Positions 7,013-16,555 of a DNA stretch of 37,583 nucleotides are shown piece by piece; position 1 is the stretch's first letter, and every line of letters begins with the position of its first letter. The stretch is from a virus: the IMG/VR virus record IMGVR_UViG_3300027974_000008, one strand, 5' to 3'. The notes under the pieces were generated by a model. It was not told where the DNA came from. It saw only the letters and a program-made list of their open reading frames with translations, and ran no database searches. Position numbers and translations under genes: made by a program.

Positions 7013-8953
7013 GTGCCGTATTATTCGGACAATTTAGACGATCTCTTGGCGTTTGACGGTATCCGCAGTTTTGCGGGTGGTCAAGCCAGCGGTCTTCAAT
7101 CAGACTTGCTTGCTGAAAATCAAGTTCAGCAGTTGGTAAATATGACCTTATCCCCGAAGGGGAGTCTAGAAACTCGCAAAGGCGTAACAAGTTTTAGCAC
7201 ATCTGCAACTAGCCAAGAAGGATCAATTGGCGGAATGCGATATTACGACACATCTCAAACCGAAAGACTTGTTGCCGTAATTCAAGGAAAACTTTATACA
7301 ATCAATTCAAACGGAACAGCGATTAACTCTGACGGAAATATTGGTCCACATAGAGTTGAAGAAATATGGGACAATTTAACTGGAGCTACAAGAACATGGG
7401 ATAACGAAGCGCAAAAATGGGCTGACGGATTTTCAACCAGCTTTGATGCAAAAGTAAGCATGGCTCAATTTAACGACAAGATGTATATGGCTGATTCGGA
7501 TGGCGCGCTTTACTATTATGATGGAGATATTGCAACAAGACAAGCTGGTAAAATTAGGGCAATAACTGTAACTACAGCAGGAAGTGGATATACCAGCGCA
7601 ACGGCAGTTGTGACAGGACCAGATTGGGGCGGAACATTACCAACCCTAATCACAACTGTAGCTGGAGGTGCTGTTACAGGAGTTACTGTTGTTGATGGAG
7701 GATATGGATATTCTGGAGCACCAACTGTAACAATTATTGGAAATGGATCTGGAGCTACAGCTACTGCAACAGTTAGTCCGCCGCCGCTTGATTTAAGACT
7801 TTTAATAAATACTGGGAATAGGTTGTTTGGAGTTGGATCTGGAGCAAATAGAAATACTCTTTACGCATCAGATATTTTAGATGCGTCAATTTGGGATTTG
7901 ACTAATAGCATTGTTGTTAACGCAGATGACGGAGATGAAATTACAGCCATAGTTCAATACTATCAAAACAGAATAATTGTGTTTAAGAAGAGACGAATTT
8001 TCCAGGTTACAATTCCTCCAGATGCAACAAGTGCGGCTGATTGGACTGTTCAGTTAATATCAAACAATACTGGATGCGTTGCCGAGGCTTCTGCCGTGCA
8101 GGTCAACAGTGACATATTTTTTCTTTCTGATGATGGTATTAGATCCCTTGTACGTTCAGCAGCAGACGATTTTACATCCGTTGGCCTTCCAATTTCAGAA
8201 GTAATTAAAGATGTTATACAGCAAATCAATAGTGCAAAAATTGGAATAGCTGCCGCACATTTTTATGACAATAGATACTTTCTTGCAATACCAACAGAGT
8301 CAAATGATTTTAACGATACAATTATTGTTTACAACACAACTCTTGGAGCATTTGAGGGAATATGGACTCCGAATGTAATGCAATTTGCGTTAACCAATTT
8401 CCAAGACCAAGGTTTGCGGTTAATGATGAAATTAACAACAGGACAAATCACCAGGTATAGCGGATATAAGACTCCAGCACAGGTAACAACCGCAGACTAC
8501 AGGGACTTCGGTGTTTACACAACAACTGTTTCAACTGGTGGAACTTCAACAACAACAACATCAACTGGAACATTTGATTATGAATCATCTGTTCGCACCA
8601 AAGACTTTAACTTTGGAGATCCATTTGCTGTTAAGTACGGATCGCATTTCGAGGTAATTTTTGATGATTCCTATTCGACAGATACAACCATATCCATTCA
8701 GCGTGATACAGATGTTGGGGATATTGATGTTCAGCCAAATCTAAATATATCAAGTGCTGTACTCACACTTGAGTTTACGCTTCCAGCCCAACTTCCAACA
8801 TCAGTAAAAAAGAAGCTTGCAAGCGATCTTCGCAAGTATCAAAAGTGGAGGCTGCTTAATGTCAAAATTTCATCTGTTGCCAATAAAATGGCAATCCGCC
8901 AAATTACGGCAGCAGCCAACCCAGATACAATCGAGACACAGAAGGCGTTATGA
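7013..8953 (+). CDS. Putative tail tubular protein B / nozzle (T7 gp12-like position) with an inserted G-S-G-Y repeat domain
   Basis: 646 aa, GTG start after AAGGAG. It contains TTAGSGYTSATAVVTG...GGYGYSGAPTVTIIGNGSGATATATVS. The functional call rests on synteny. Confidence 0.45.
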   Translation: MPYYSDNLDDLLAFDGIRSFAGGQASGLQSDLLAENQVQQLVNMTLSPKGSLETRKGVTSFSTSATSQEGSIGGMRYYDTSQTERLVAVIQGKLYTINSNGTAINSDGNIGPHRVEEIWDNLTGATRTWDNEAQKWADGFSTSFDAKVSMAQFNDKMYMADSDGALYYYDGDIATRQAGKIRAITVTTAGSGYTSATAVVTGPDWGGTLPTLITTVAGGAVTGVTVVDGGYGYSGAPTVTIIGNGSGATATATVSPPPLDLRLLINTGNRLFGVGSGANRNTLYASDILDASIWDLTNSIVVNADDGDEITAIVQYYQNRIIVFKKRRIFQVTIPPDATSAADWTVQLISNNTGCVAEASAVQVNSDIFFLSDDGIRSLVRSAADDFTSVGLPISEVIKDVIQQINSAKIGIAAAHFYDNRYFLAIPTESNDFNDTIIVYNTTLGAFEGIWTPNVMQFALTNFQDQGLRLMMKLTTGQITRYSGYKTPAQVTTADYRDFGVYTTTVSTGGTSTTTTSTGTFDYESSVRTKDFNFGDPFAVKYGSHFEVIFDDSYSTDTTISIQRDTDVGDIDVQPNLNISSAVLTLEFTLPAQLPTSVKKKLASDLRKYQKWRLLNVKISSVANKMAIRQITAAANPDTIETQKAL

Positions 8954-9318
8954 CCGCTGTTGAGTATATTGAGCAAAGCGGCGTTCCAGAGGCTATGTGG
9001 CCTAACCTGGCCGAGTGGTTTGGTTGGTTTGAAAAGCAAGGGATGGTTGGGATTGTTCGCGATAATGATGGTATTGCAGGCGTGGCTTTGGCTAGGTGTA
9101 TAAAGGATGGGCAAGAGCCTAATCATTATGTGCATAGCGAAGATGGCGAGAATGTGTTTGTGGACTTGACGATCTCCTCAAAGGGTGCTAAATCCTTGGG
9201 AGGCTTGCTGTTGCTCCTAGCGGAGCGTTTTGGTCCTCGCAAGCGGATCACCTTTAATCGTTCTGGCAAACCAAGGAGTTATGACTATATGAGTTTTATG
9301 CGAAAGGCGTTACGCTAA
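8950..9318 (+). CDS. Small virion-module protein (T7 gp13-like position)
   Basis: 122 aa with an ATGA-type overlap to the upstream gene. Confidence 0.45.
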   Translation: MTAVEYIEQSGVPEAMWPNLAEWFGWFEKQGMVGIVRDNDGIAGVALARCIKDGQEPNHYVHSEDGENVFVDLTISSKGAKSLGGLLLLLAERFGPRKRITFNRSGKPRSYDYMSFMRKALR

Positions 9319-9869
9319 TGGGCGGATCACCATCCATCCCGTCACCCCCGCCCCCGCCCGATCCAATGAAATCGGCGCAGGCTAATGCGTTATTCTATCG
9401 TTCTTCGCTTGAGACTTATATCGAAAAGTCTCCAGATATTGCTGCGCTTGAGAATGCTCTTCGCATCAAGTATATGCCCGAACAACGCCAACTGGAGCGT
9501 CAGCTTACGGCTGCCGACCAACTTGCGCAGGTGCAGGCTGGATTACAGATAGAGCGTCAATATGGTGGCCAGCGCACGCTGGAAGGCTTGCGCAGGCAGT
9601 ATGAGTACAGCCCACAGGCTTACTCATTGAACCGCGCACTAGGCAATCAGCTTACAGCCCAATTTGCCAGAACTTACGGGCAAGCACCACAAGCCTCGGT
9701 TGAGCGCGAAGTCGCAATGGGCGGTGGCGTAGCTCCAGTTAATTACACGGCTGGAATATCGCAACCTATCGCTGCTCCAGAGTATACGACAAACATTGAA
9801 GATGTATTGAAGCGTAACGAAGAAGCAAAGAAGATTACGACAAAGAAGTACCAAGCAGGAGAGATTTAA
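9318..9869 (+). CDS. Putative internal virion protein (T7 gp14-like position)
   Basis: 183 aa, Pro-rich N-terminus (PSIPSPPPPPDP), tightly coupled. Confidence 0.45.
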   Translation: MGGSPSIPSPPPPPDPMKSAQANALFYRSSLETYIEKSPDIAALENALRIKYMPEQRQLERQLTAADQLAQVQAGLQIERQYGGQRTLEGLRRQYEYSPQAYSLNRALGNQLTAQFARTYGQAPQASVEREVAMGGGVAPVNYTAGISQPIAAPEYTTNIEDVLKRNEEAKKITTKKYQAGEI

Positions 9870-9870
9870 T

Positions 9871-11469
9871 ATGGCGTTTGGAGGAAAAAATGCTTTTGAT
9901 TATAATAGACCCTACAAGTCATCAAGGGTAACAAAATATTCTGTCGATGCGAATGGTGATATTTCTGAATTGACTGGATGGAATGAAACTGCAGAACCTG
10001 GTGGAAATCAATATCAAAATCGAGTAAGAAATGATTTGATTGAAAGAGAGCAGGCATACGATGCGCAAGCTAATAATTTTGAATTTGATTCAATTTCAAA
10101 AGCAGCCAATGCTGCATCCAAAATAACAAAGCAAAAAGTTTCTGATATTGAGAAAAATTACAAAGATCAATTATCTCAAAATCAGACATACAATACTCTT
10201 GCAGAGCAAATAGCAGGCTTGGCTGGACGAGGAGGCTCAAGGATTGGATCAACAGCACCAATTGATCCCCAAACTGGATTGCCGTCATTTGCTGGACAGC
10301 CTTCCAACCAGCCACCAGCAAACCTTTCGGCTGATGCAAACTTTGGTGCGTCCGACCTTTCTACTCGCCTGAACTTTCAAGTGTCTGACCAAGACATTAT
10401 AAACGACTATAATAACAGTAAGATTGGGAAGTTGAATCAAATCGTTCAAGATGGAAACTCACAGATTGCTGGTATCAATAGCAGGATTGAGGCAGCTCAA
10501 AGCTTATATGATCAGCTTCCATCCGCAGATCCAAGGCGCGCATCAGCAAAGATATCAATAGACCAATTAAAATCAGATTTGACAAGCGTACAAAGCGCGG
10601 TCACAAAAGCTGGCCAGCAGGTTGCAAACTTTAAACCAGTTACATCAACAGATGCAGAAGGATTGAAACAGATCACATCCTTTCGCGAGTTTGTAAAATT
10701 GCCAGAAGAACGTGCTGGAGATCAACTGCGCCAGATTGATCCAGAGGCGTACAGAACGGCTGTTGGACTTGGCCGTCAATATCGCCAGATGGCTACTCAG
10801 CCTCTTGGTGCAACTACAACTGGACAAACAGAGCAATTGCGCAACACGATTGAGCAGGAAGCATTAAATCAACTTAGACTTGGATCTACTCTTGGTGCGG
10901 AAGAGCGGCGCGGTTACGAGCAGGCAGCAAGAGCAGCGCAGACTGCCCGTGGAAATATCTTTGGTATTGGTCCTGCAGTACAGGAAGCAGCACAAATTGG
11001 CGCGGCTGGCGAAGCAAGAAAGCTTGCACGCTATGGTGCTGCACAAAGCTTCCTTGGTTCTGGCGAGACAACTGGTGCTGCTACAGCAAGAGACTTGGCG
11101 TTGCGAGATAGCTTGCAACAGAATCGCCTCGGTGCTGCCGCAGGATTCATCGCTGGTGGTCCTTCGCTTTACAACTTGGCTGGTCAAAGGCTTGCACAGC
11201 AGAATGCGTCATTCCAGAATTACATTAACGCAAATCAAGCTATGCCTAATCAGTTTCAAACTGGACCTGCTGCCAATCAATTTTATCAAACAACAAATCC
11301 TGCAATTCCTGTTCAGTTGGCTGGCAATGCTTCGAACATCTATAATACGATGTCTGATTACCAAGCCAACACATACGGTGCGCAGATTGCTGCGATTTCT
11401 AGGCAACCGAGTGGGGCTGAACAATTCGGTCAGATTGCTACTGGTCTTGGAAACCTAGTTAAGATATAA
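9871..11469 (+). CDS. Putative internal virion / ejection protein (Gln/Ala/Asn-rich)
   Basis: 532 aa with low-complexity Q/A/N-rich composition typical of podovirus core proteins. Synteny only. Confidence 0.45.
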   Translation: MAFGGKNAFDYNRPYKSSRVTKYSVDANGDISELTGWNETAEPGGNQYQNRVRNDLIEREQAYDAQANNFEFDSISKAANAASKITKQKVSDIEKNYKDQLSQNQTYNTLAEQIAGLAGRGGSRIGSTAPIDPQTGLPSFAGQPSNQPPANLSADANFGASDLSTRLNFQVSDQDIINDYNNSKIGKLNQIVQDGNSQIAGINSRIEAAQSLYDQLPSADPRRASAKISIDQLKSDLTSVQSAVTKAGQQVANFKPVTSTDAEGLKQITSFREFVKLPEERAGDQLRQIDPEAYRTAVGLGRQYRQMATQPLGATTTGQTEQLRNTIEQEALNQLRLGSTLGAEERRGYEQAARAAQTARGNIFGIGPAVQEAAQIGAAGEARKLARYGAAQSFLGSGETTGAATARDLALRDSLQQNRLGAAAGFIAGGPSLYNLAGQRLAQQNASFQNYINANQAMPNQFQTGPAANQFYQTTNPAIPVQLAGNASNIYNTMSDYQANTYGAQIAAISRQPSGAEQFGQIATGLGNLVKI

Positions 11470-11477
11470 GGAGATTT

Positions 11478-12209
11478 ATGGCAGTATTAGATGTACCAGA
11501 ATTGATGAATATGTTTCGCCAAGATGAACTTCAGAAGCAAGCCGTAGCTGAAGCACAGAGGAAGCAAGCCCTCGAAGAGCGTGCAATGGCACTCAAAGAA
11601 CAGCCAGATGTTGACTTCAGCTTTGAGAAGGGTGGATTGAAGGTTAAAGGAAAGCTAAAGGATCTGCCAGCATTAAGCCAAGACCCAGCGTTTGCTCCGT
11701 ATCTTTCTGGAATTGGACAAACAATCAGCAACGAGCAGAGCCTTCAAAATGAAGACATTGAAACCCAGCGCGCAGAATTAAACGACAGATTAAAAGACCT
11801 ACAGAAGAAGCGCGTAAAGCAAGAGATTGAAATTGCGAAGGGTGATAGGCGTACATTTGCTATGGAAGCTGGACTTGGATTGATTGGGGCAAAGCCACGC
11901 GCTGATGTACTAAAAGACATAGAGGCTGAAGCTGGTGTCTACAAGAACAAGCTTGCCGAACTTGGCTTTAACAGACAAGCGGGTCAGATGGAAACGAATG
12001 TTCCAGATTATCAATCTGAAGCAATGCCATTACAAGCCGCACCGCAAGCAACACCGCAAGTTGCACCAGAGACTACAGCGCAAGCACCAGCACAGCCAGA
12101 AGCACCAAAAAACTTTAAGAGTCTCCAAGAAGCAAAGGCAGCAGGCGTAAAGCCTGGGCAACTTATTTATATCAACGGAAAACCAGGTAGACTGCAAGCG
12201 AGGCAGTAA
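11478..12209 (+). CDS. Coiled-coil virion-module protein
   Basis: 243 aa, RBS taaggagatttATG, charged heptad-like sequence and a PQA-rich tail. Confidence 0.45.
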   Translation: MAVLDVPELMNMFRQDELQKQAVAEAQRKQALEERAMALKEQPDVDFSFEKGGLKVKGKLKDLPALSQDPAFAPYLSGIGQTISNEQSLQNEDIETQRAELNDRLKDLQKKRVKQEIEIAKGDRRTFAMEAGLGLIGAKPRADVLKDIEAEAGVYKNKLAELGFNRQAGQMETNVPDYQSEAMPLQAAPQATPQVAPETTAQAPAQPEAPKNFKSLQEAKAAGVKPGQLIYINGKPGRLQARQ

Positions 12210-12212
12210 GCA

Positions 12213-15200
12213 ATGGCTATAGAGCCAGAGCTTGAGTTCGTTCCAGAGCAGGAACAAGATTTAGAGTTTGCTCCACTTTCTCAAGAAGAAGCTGGCAATT
12301 TAACTAAGGCTGATTATTTGGCATCTGGTGGTGCGCCAGAGGATGTAATCTCTCCAGAGCGTGAAGCTGTACTACAGCGAGAAACACAGCGTCAGTTACA
12401 AGCTGGCGCAACGCCACAGCAAGCATCCATTGAGGCTGGCAAGGCGGTGGATGCTATGGGTACGATCCGCAGGCCAGATGGTACGATAGCCGAAGGATAT
12501 AAACCAACAGCGCAGGCGTTGGCTGAAGGCATTATCGAGACACCAGCAATCCCAGCCGTAAAGGAAGCGCAGAGACTAGGCATTGAAACAGTATCGTCTG
12601 GAACTGACAAAGCTACTGGCGTTGGGTTTGCGATTGGTAAAAACAAGGACGGCAAGGTGGTGCGCTTCGAGGCTGACAAGGATGGCAATGTTGACTCCTT
12701 TGAACTTGAGCCAGAAGAACCCAGCAGGCTTGGTGCGATTGCACGCACTGTTGCAAGCCAAGTAATCCCCGCAACTACTGGTGCTGTGGCCGCCGAAACC
12801 GCTGCCGCACTTACGCCTGGAGGCATATTGCCAAAGCTGGCTACTGGCGCGATTGCAGGTATCGGTGGATTTATTGCAGGCCAGAAGGGTCAAGAGGCTG
12901 CTGGCAAAGCATTGCTAGGTCCAGAGCGTATGGCTCGCATCAGCGAAGTATTACAGCGCGATGTTGAGAAGTATCCAATAACCACAACGGCTGCATCAAT
13001 TCTTACGCCTACTGGTGGTGGGTTGGCTGGATTGGCAAGAGGGGTTGCTGAAGGATTTACTGGCAAGGTCGCACCAGCAGCAAGGGCTGTTGCGCCTGCT
13101 GTTATGCCATCAATTGAAAGTACATCTGCAGCGGCAAGAGTGTTGCAAGAGTTAAAGCAAGCCCCAAGAGCAGTTGGGGCTGTTGCACCAAAGTCAGAGC
13201 AAGCAGTAGCAAAGGCAGACGTTGCTCCAGTTGAATTGCCAATTGAATTGCCTGCGACACCAAAGGGAATTGGATATAGGCAAGCTGGAGTAAAGATGGT
13301 GAAAGATCCATTCCTTAACAGAGAAGTGCGTGAACAGCTTGCAAAGAGTGAGGATATAAAGTACGCAAAGTTTGGTCAGAAGGCATTGCAAGATGCCTTG
13401 GCAAACGAGTCCGATGATGTTGTAAGAGGAATTTTTGAAAGCGGAACTGCTCCTCAAAAAGTAGTTGCCAATGCCGAGTTAATTAACCGAGCGTCAAAAC
13501 AGAATGATGTCAAGTCATTGATTGATCTTGCAAAGACCAGAATAAAGCTACCCACAGAAGCTGCTCAAACTGTTGCAGCAATGAGGACTCTTCCATCGGC
13601 AACCCAAAATGGATACCTCGCCACACTAAGCGTTTTTCTTGATAAGAATGGAAGAACCCTTACTCAGCCCCTTCTTATAAAAGCCAGAAAGCTTTTTAAG
13701 CTTCAAGCCAGAACTAGGTCAACCTATGAAACTCTTGCGGAAACAGCAAGAAACACGCTGGATGATGTTGACATACAAAGAGCAATTCAAGCAGAAAAGA
13801 GATTCATAGAGAGTGCATTCAGATTCCAGAACTTTGAGTCAAGACTTGTTCCCAAGAAATTTTTTGCCGAGACATTGCCAACCGTAATACAAGGAAATCT
13901 TCTTGCCCCCTTGTCCTTGGTCACGAATCTTTGGAGCAATGCGGTAAGTTCATTGCCTAGAGCAATTGGAAGACAGGGTGCGTTTATAAGCCAAGAGGTG
14001 GCAAGGGCATTCAAGAAATCAGTTGGAATGCCAGTTGCGGAAAGAACTGTATCCTCGCCAATATCTTTGGCTGGAGCAAGAAGGGTTGGGGAAACAGTTA
14101 AGGCATTTGTTCGTGGAGGCGGAGAAGGATTGGCTGGGCTAAAAAGAGGCATCAGTGCCGAAGGGTTATTGTCTGGAGAGAAAATAAGGGGATTTCAGCC
14201 AGCCCAAGCGTTTAGACAATTCTGGACAGGATCTGGATTGGCTCAACCAGTTCTTAACGGATGGAAAGGATTGGGGCAGGCTGGGCTTGATAGGGCTAGA
14301 CTGGCCGCCGAAACAGTGCTTGGCGTACCTCCAGAAACAATGTTGCGCCTACTTCAGCTTGGCGATACTCCATTTAGAAGAATGGCTCAATCAAGGCTTT
14401 TAGCTGAATCTGCACAGCTTGCAGGGCAAACTGGTAAAGCTATTTCTGTTGCTACCAGACTTCCATCAGCGGAAGCTTTGGGAAAAATAGAACAAGAGGC
14501 AGCAGAAGCTGTGTTCCAGCAAGACACGCCGCTATCAAGAGCAGCGTTGAGCGTATCAAATATGTTTGGCCTTGGCAATAGGGTTGGATTGGCGAGGACT
14601 CTTGGAAAGACAATTATCCCATACGCAAAGACACCAGCAAACGTGATTGATGAAATGCTTGATTATTCACTACCTGGCTATGCTCTTGTTACAAAAGGAA
14701 TACCAGCAATGCAGGCCAAGGACGCTAGAGGCGTACACATGGCAATAGGAAAAACATTAACAAGCTTAACCATAGGGGCAGTAGCAAAAACATTGTCGGA
14801 CGCTGGAGTGATTGGCGGGTCGGCAGAAGATTCTGAAAAGACTAGGGACATACAATACAAAACACTTCCTCCACGAACAATAAACCTTAGCGCGCTGGAA
14901 AGATTTGCTGAAGGTGATTCTACAGACCTTCAGCCTGGTGATCGCGTTATGAATCTTGAGAAAATGGGGATTGTTGGCGGAATGCTTGCAACTTGGAACG
15001 AGGCAAGCAAGGCAACAGACAAGGGTGAATTTATAAGTCCAGAATTTTTAACCGCACTTGTTCCAGAAACCTTGTCATTTGCTATGAACCAAAGCTTTCT
15101 GAAAGGAACAAACAGCCTTCTTTCGGCTATGCTAGATGGAAAGAGGGACAGAATGGACAAATGGATTGCTAATTACTTTGGAACAGTATCTTCAATAGCA

Positions 15201-15791
15201 TTCCCAAATACGCTTGGTGCTGTCTCAAGAGCCATGAGCGATTCATTACCAGAGAAAATAAAAATTAAGGATATTGAGGGTGAAGATACAGCAGAAAGAA
15301 CGCTAAATTTATTTGGCGAAGTCCTCAAGAGAAAGATTCCTGGCTATGCAGAGGATTTGCCAAAAAAGATTGATATATGGGGAAGGGAAATACCGCAGAC
15401 ACCAGAGGGTGCTGATCCAGTAATGTACAACTTCTTTGATTTCACCAAGTCAAGGGAAGCGACATACGATAAAACCACCTTGGCAATTTACAAGCTATTC
15501 AAGGAAACTGAAAATGGAGATGTGATACCTCCGAAGCCTTTAGAACAATTTATGATTGGCAACGAAAAGTATAGGCTATCTCCAGAGTTGTATGAAAAAT
15601 ACTCAAAGATAAGAGGCCGAGCCAACCGCGCTGCTGCTGAAGCATTGCTTGGTGATGATGGCTTCAAAAGGCTTGGAAGCGAGGATAAGGTAAGGGCGTT
15701 AAAAAGTGCGTATTCTCAAGTTGGTAGTGACGCAAGAAAAGAGTTTTTGATTCGCAATGAGTTAAGAATTAAGCGAGGCGAGAAGCAATGA
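12213..15791 (+). CDS. Large internal virion / DNA-ejection protein (T7 gp16-like position)
   Basis: At 1192 aa this is the largest ORF. It comes last in the core-protein series and is followed by a muralytic gene. I recognised no catalytic motif. Confidence 0.5.
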   Translation: MAIEPELEFVPEQEQDLEFAPLSQEEAGNLTKADYLASGGAPEDVISPEREAVLQRETQRQLQAGATPQQASIEAGKAVDAMGTIRRPDGTIAEGYKPTAQALAEGIIETPAIPAVKEAQRLGIETVSSGTDKATGVGFAIGKNKDGKVVRFEADKDGNVDSFELEPEEPSRLGAIARTVASQVIPATTGAVAAETAAALTPGGILPKLATGAIAGIGGFIAGQKGQEAAGKALLGPERMARISEVLQRDVEKYPITTTAASILTPTGGGLAGLARGVAEGFTGKVAPAARAVAPAVMPSIESTSAAARVLQELKQAPRAVGAVAPKSEQAVAKADVAPVELPIELPATPKGIGYRQAGVKMVKDPFLNREVREQLAKSEDIKYAKFGQKALQDALANESDDVVRGIFESGTAPQKVVANAELINRASKQNDVKSLIDLAKTRIKLPTEAAQTVAAMRTLPSATQNGYLATLSVFLDKNGRTLTQPLLIKARKLFKLQARTRSTYETLAETARNTLDDVDIQRAIQAEKRFIESAFRFQNFESRLVPKKFFAETLPTVIQGNLLAPLSLVTNLWSNAVSSLPRAIGRQGAFISQEVARAFKKSVGMPVAERTVSSPISLAGARRVGETVKAFVRGGGEGLAGLKRGISAEGLLSGEKIRGFQPAQAFRQFWTGSGLAQPVLNGWKGLGQAGLDRARLAAETVLGVPPETMLRLLQLGDTPFRRMAQSRLLAESAQLAGQTGKAISVATRLPSAEALGKIEQEAAEAVFQQDTPLSRAALSVSNMFGLGNRVGLARTLGKTIIPYAKTPANVIDEMLDYSLPGYALVTKGIPAMQAKDARGVHMAIGKTLTSLTIGAVAKTLSDAGVIGGSAEDSEKTRDIQYKTLPPRTINLSALERFAEGDSTDLQPGDRVMNLEKMGIVGGMLATWNEASKATDKGEFISPEFLTALVPETLSFAMNQSFLKGTNSLLSAMLDGKRDRMDKWIANYFGTVSSIAFPNTLGAVSRAMSDSLPEKIKIKDIEGEDTAERTLNLFGEVLKRKIPGYAEDLPKKIDIWGREIPQTPEGADPVMYNFFDFTKSREATYDKTTLAIYKLFKETENGDVIPPKPLEQFMIGNEKYRLSPELYEKYSKIRGRANRAAAEALLGDDGFKRLGSEDKVRALKSAYSQVGSDARKEFLIRNELRIKRGEKQ

Positions 15792-16555
15792 GATTTTCCA
15801 TAAACCCATCCAAAGATGTTTCATTGAGAAACGATATGGTGGCTAGGGAGCTTACTGGAACTGGATACGAGCCAGTGCCAGAAGAGGTGAGAAGGATCGC
15901 TCCAATTGAGAAGGCCAGAGAATACGCCAAGCAAATGCCCCAAGTAACTCCAGAACAGCCAACACTTGACTTTATAGAGGAACAACAACCTATGCAAACA
16001 AAACCAGAACAAGATGCGCTACAAACAGCAGCGTTAAAGACAATTGATTTCGAGGCAAGGAAGGACAAGCAGGGCAACGTGCAAGTCTATAAATTGCCAG
16101 CAGGAGATATGGGTGGTAATTTTGAGGTTGCTGGTATTAACGACAAATATCATCCAGATGCCTTCAAAAGAATCTCATCGCTCCCAGCACAACAAAGAGC
16201 GCAGGCTGCGGCGCAGTACGTCAAGGAGTACACCAGCCCATTCGTCTCAAAGCTTCCAGAAGCAGTCCAGCCATTCGCGCAGGATCTTGCTTTTAATCGC
16301 GGGATGGGCGGTGCAACGAAGTACATCCAGCAAGGATTGAATACTCTAGGGCAGAAGGTGGCTGTTGACGGAGGATTAGGTCCAAAGACATTGCAGGCAA
16401 TCAACCAAGTTGAGCCAAAGGCGTTAATGCGTGCGGCAAGCCAAGCCCAGCTTGAGGACGAATACCGAATGGCTGAACGCAATCCAGCCAGAAAAAAGTT
16501 TATCGGTGGACTTGAAAGCAGAATACGAAATAGGCTCGCAATATTTGGAGCTTAA
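15788..16555 (+). CDS. GH108-like / PG_binding_3-like peptidoglycan hydrolase (virion-associated lysin or endolysin)
   Basis: 255 aa. DFEARKD...MGGNFEVAGIN...LPEAVQPFAQDLAFNRGMGGATKYIQQGLN...VAVDGGLGPKTLQAINQ follows the GH108 N-domain plus PG_binding_3 pattern. It is ATGA-coupled to the 1192-aa gene. Confidence 0.6.
   Translation: MRFSINPSKDVSLRNDMVARELTGTGYEPVPEEVRRIAPIEKAREYAKQMPQVTPEQPTLDFIEEQQPMQTKPEQDALQTAALKTIDFEARKDKQGNVQVYKLPAGDMGGNFEVAGINDKYHPDAFKRISSLPAQQRAQAAAQYVKEYTSPFVSKLPEAVQPFAQDLAFNRGMGGATKYIQQGLNTLGQKVAVDGGLGPKTLQAINQVEPKALMRAASQAQLEDEYRMAERNPARKKFIGGLESRIRNRLAIFGA

Noticed and set aside
8950-9318. GNAT-type acetyltransferase call for the 122-aa gene
   Set aside because: It shows only a vague resemblance (GIVRDNDGIAGVALAR...VFVDL...SSKGAKSLGG). 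It is too short and lacks a clear acetyl-CoA binding motif, so it is kept as a hypothetical gp13-position protein.
10880-11458. 192-aa plus-strand ORF in an alternative frame of the 9871-11469 gene (and the antisense ORFs at 10864-11187 and 10886-11071)
   Set aside because: It lies entirely within the longer 532-aa ORF. Its Arg/Leu/Gln-rich composition is typical of an off-frame reading of Gln/Ala-rich coding sequence, and it has no independent RBS.
12392-15160. Multiple 60-144-aa antisense ORFs inside the 1192-aa gene (for example 12392-12826, 13787-14152, 14930-15160)
   Set aside because: All are nested within and antisense to one uninterrupted 3.6-kb ORF. They have Ala/Ser/Pro-rich shadow composition and no start signals.
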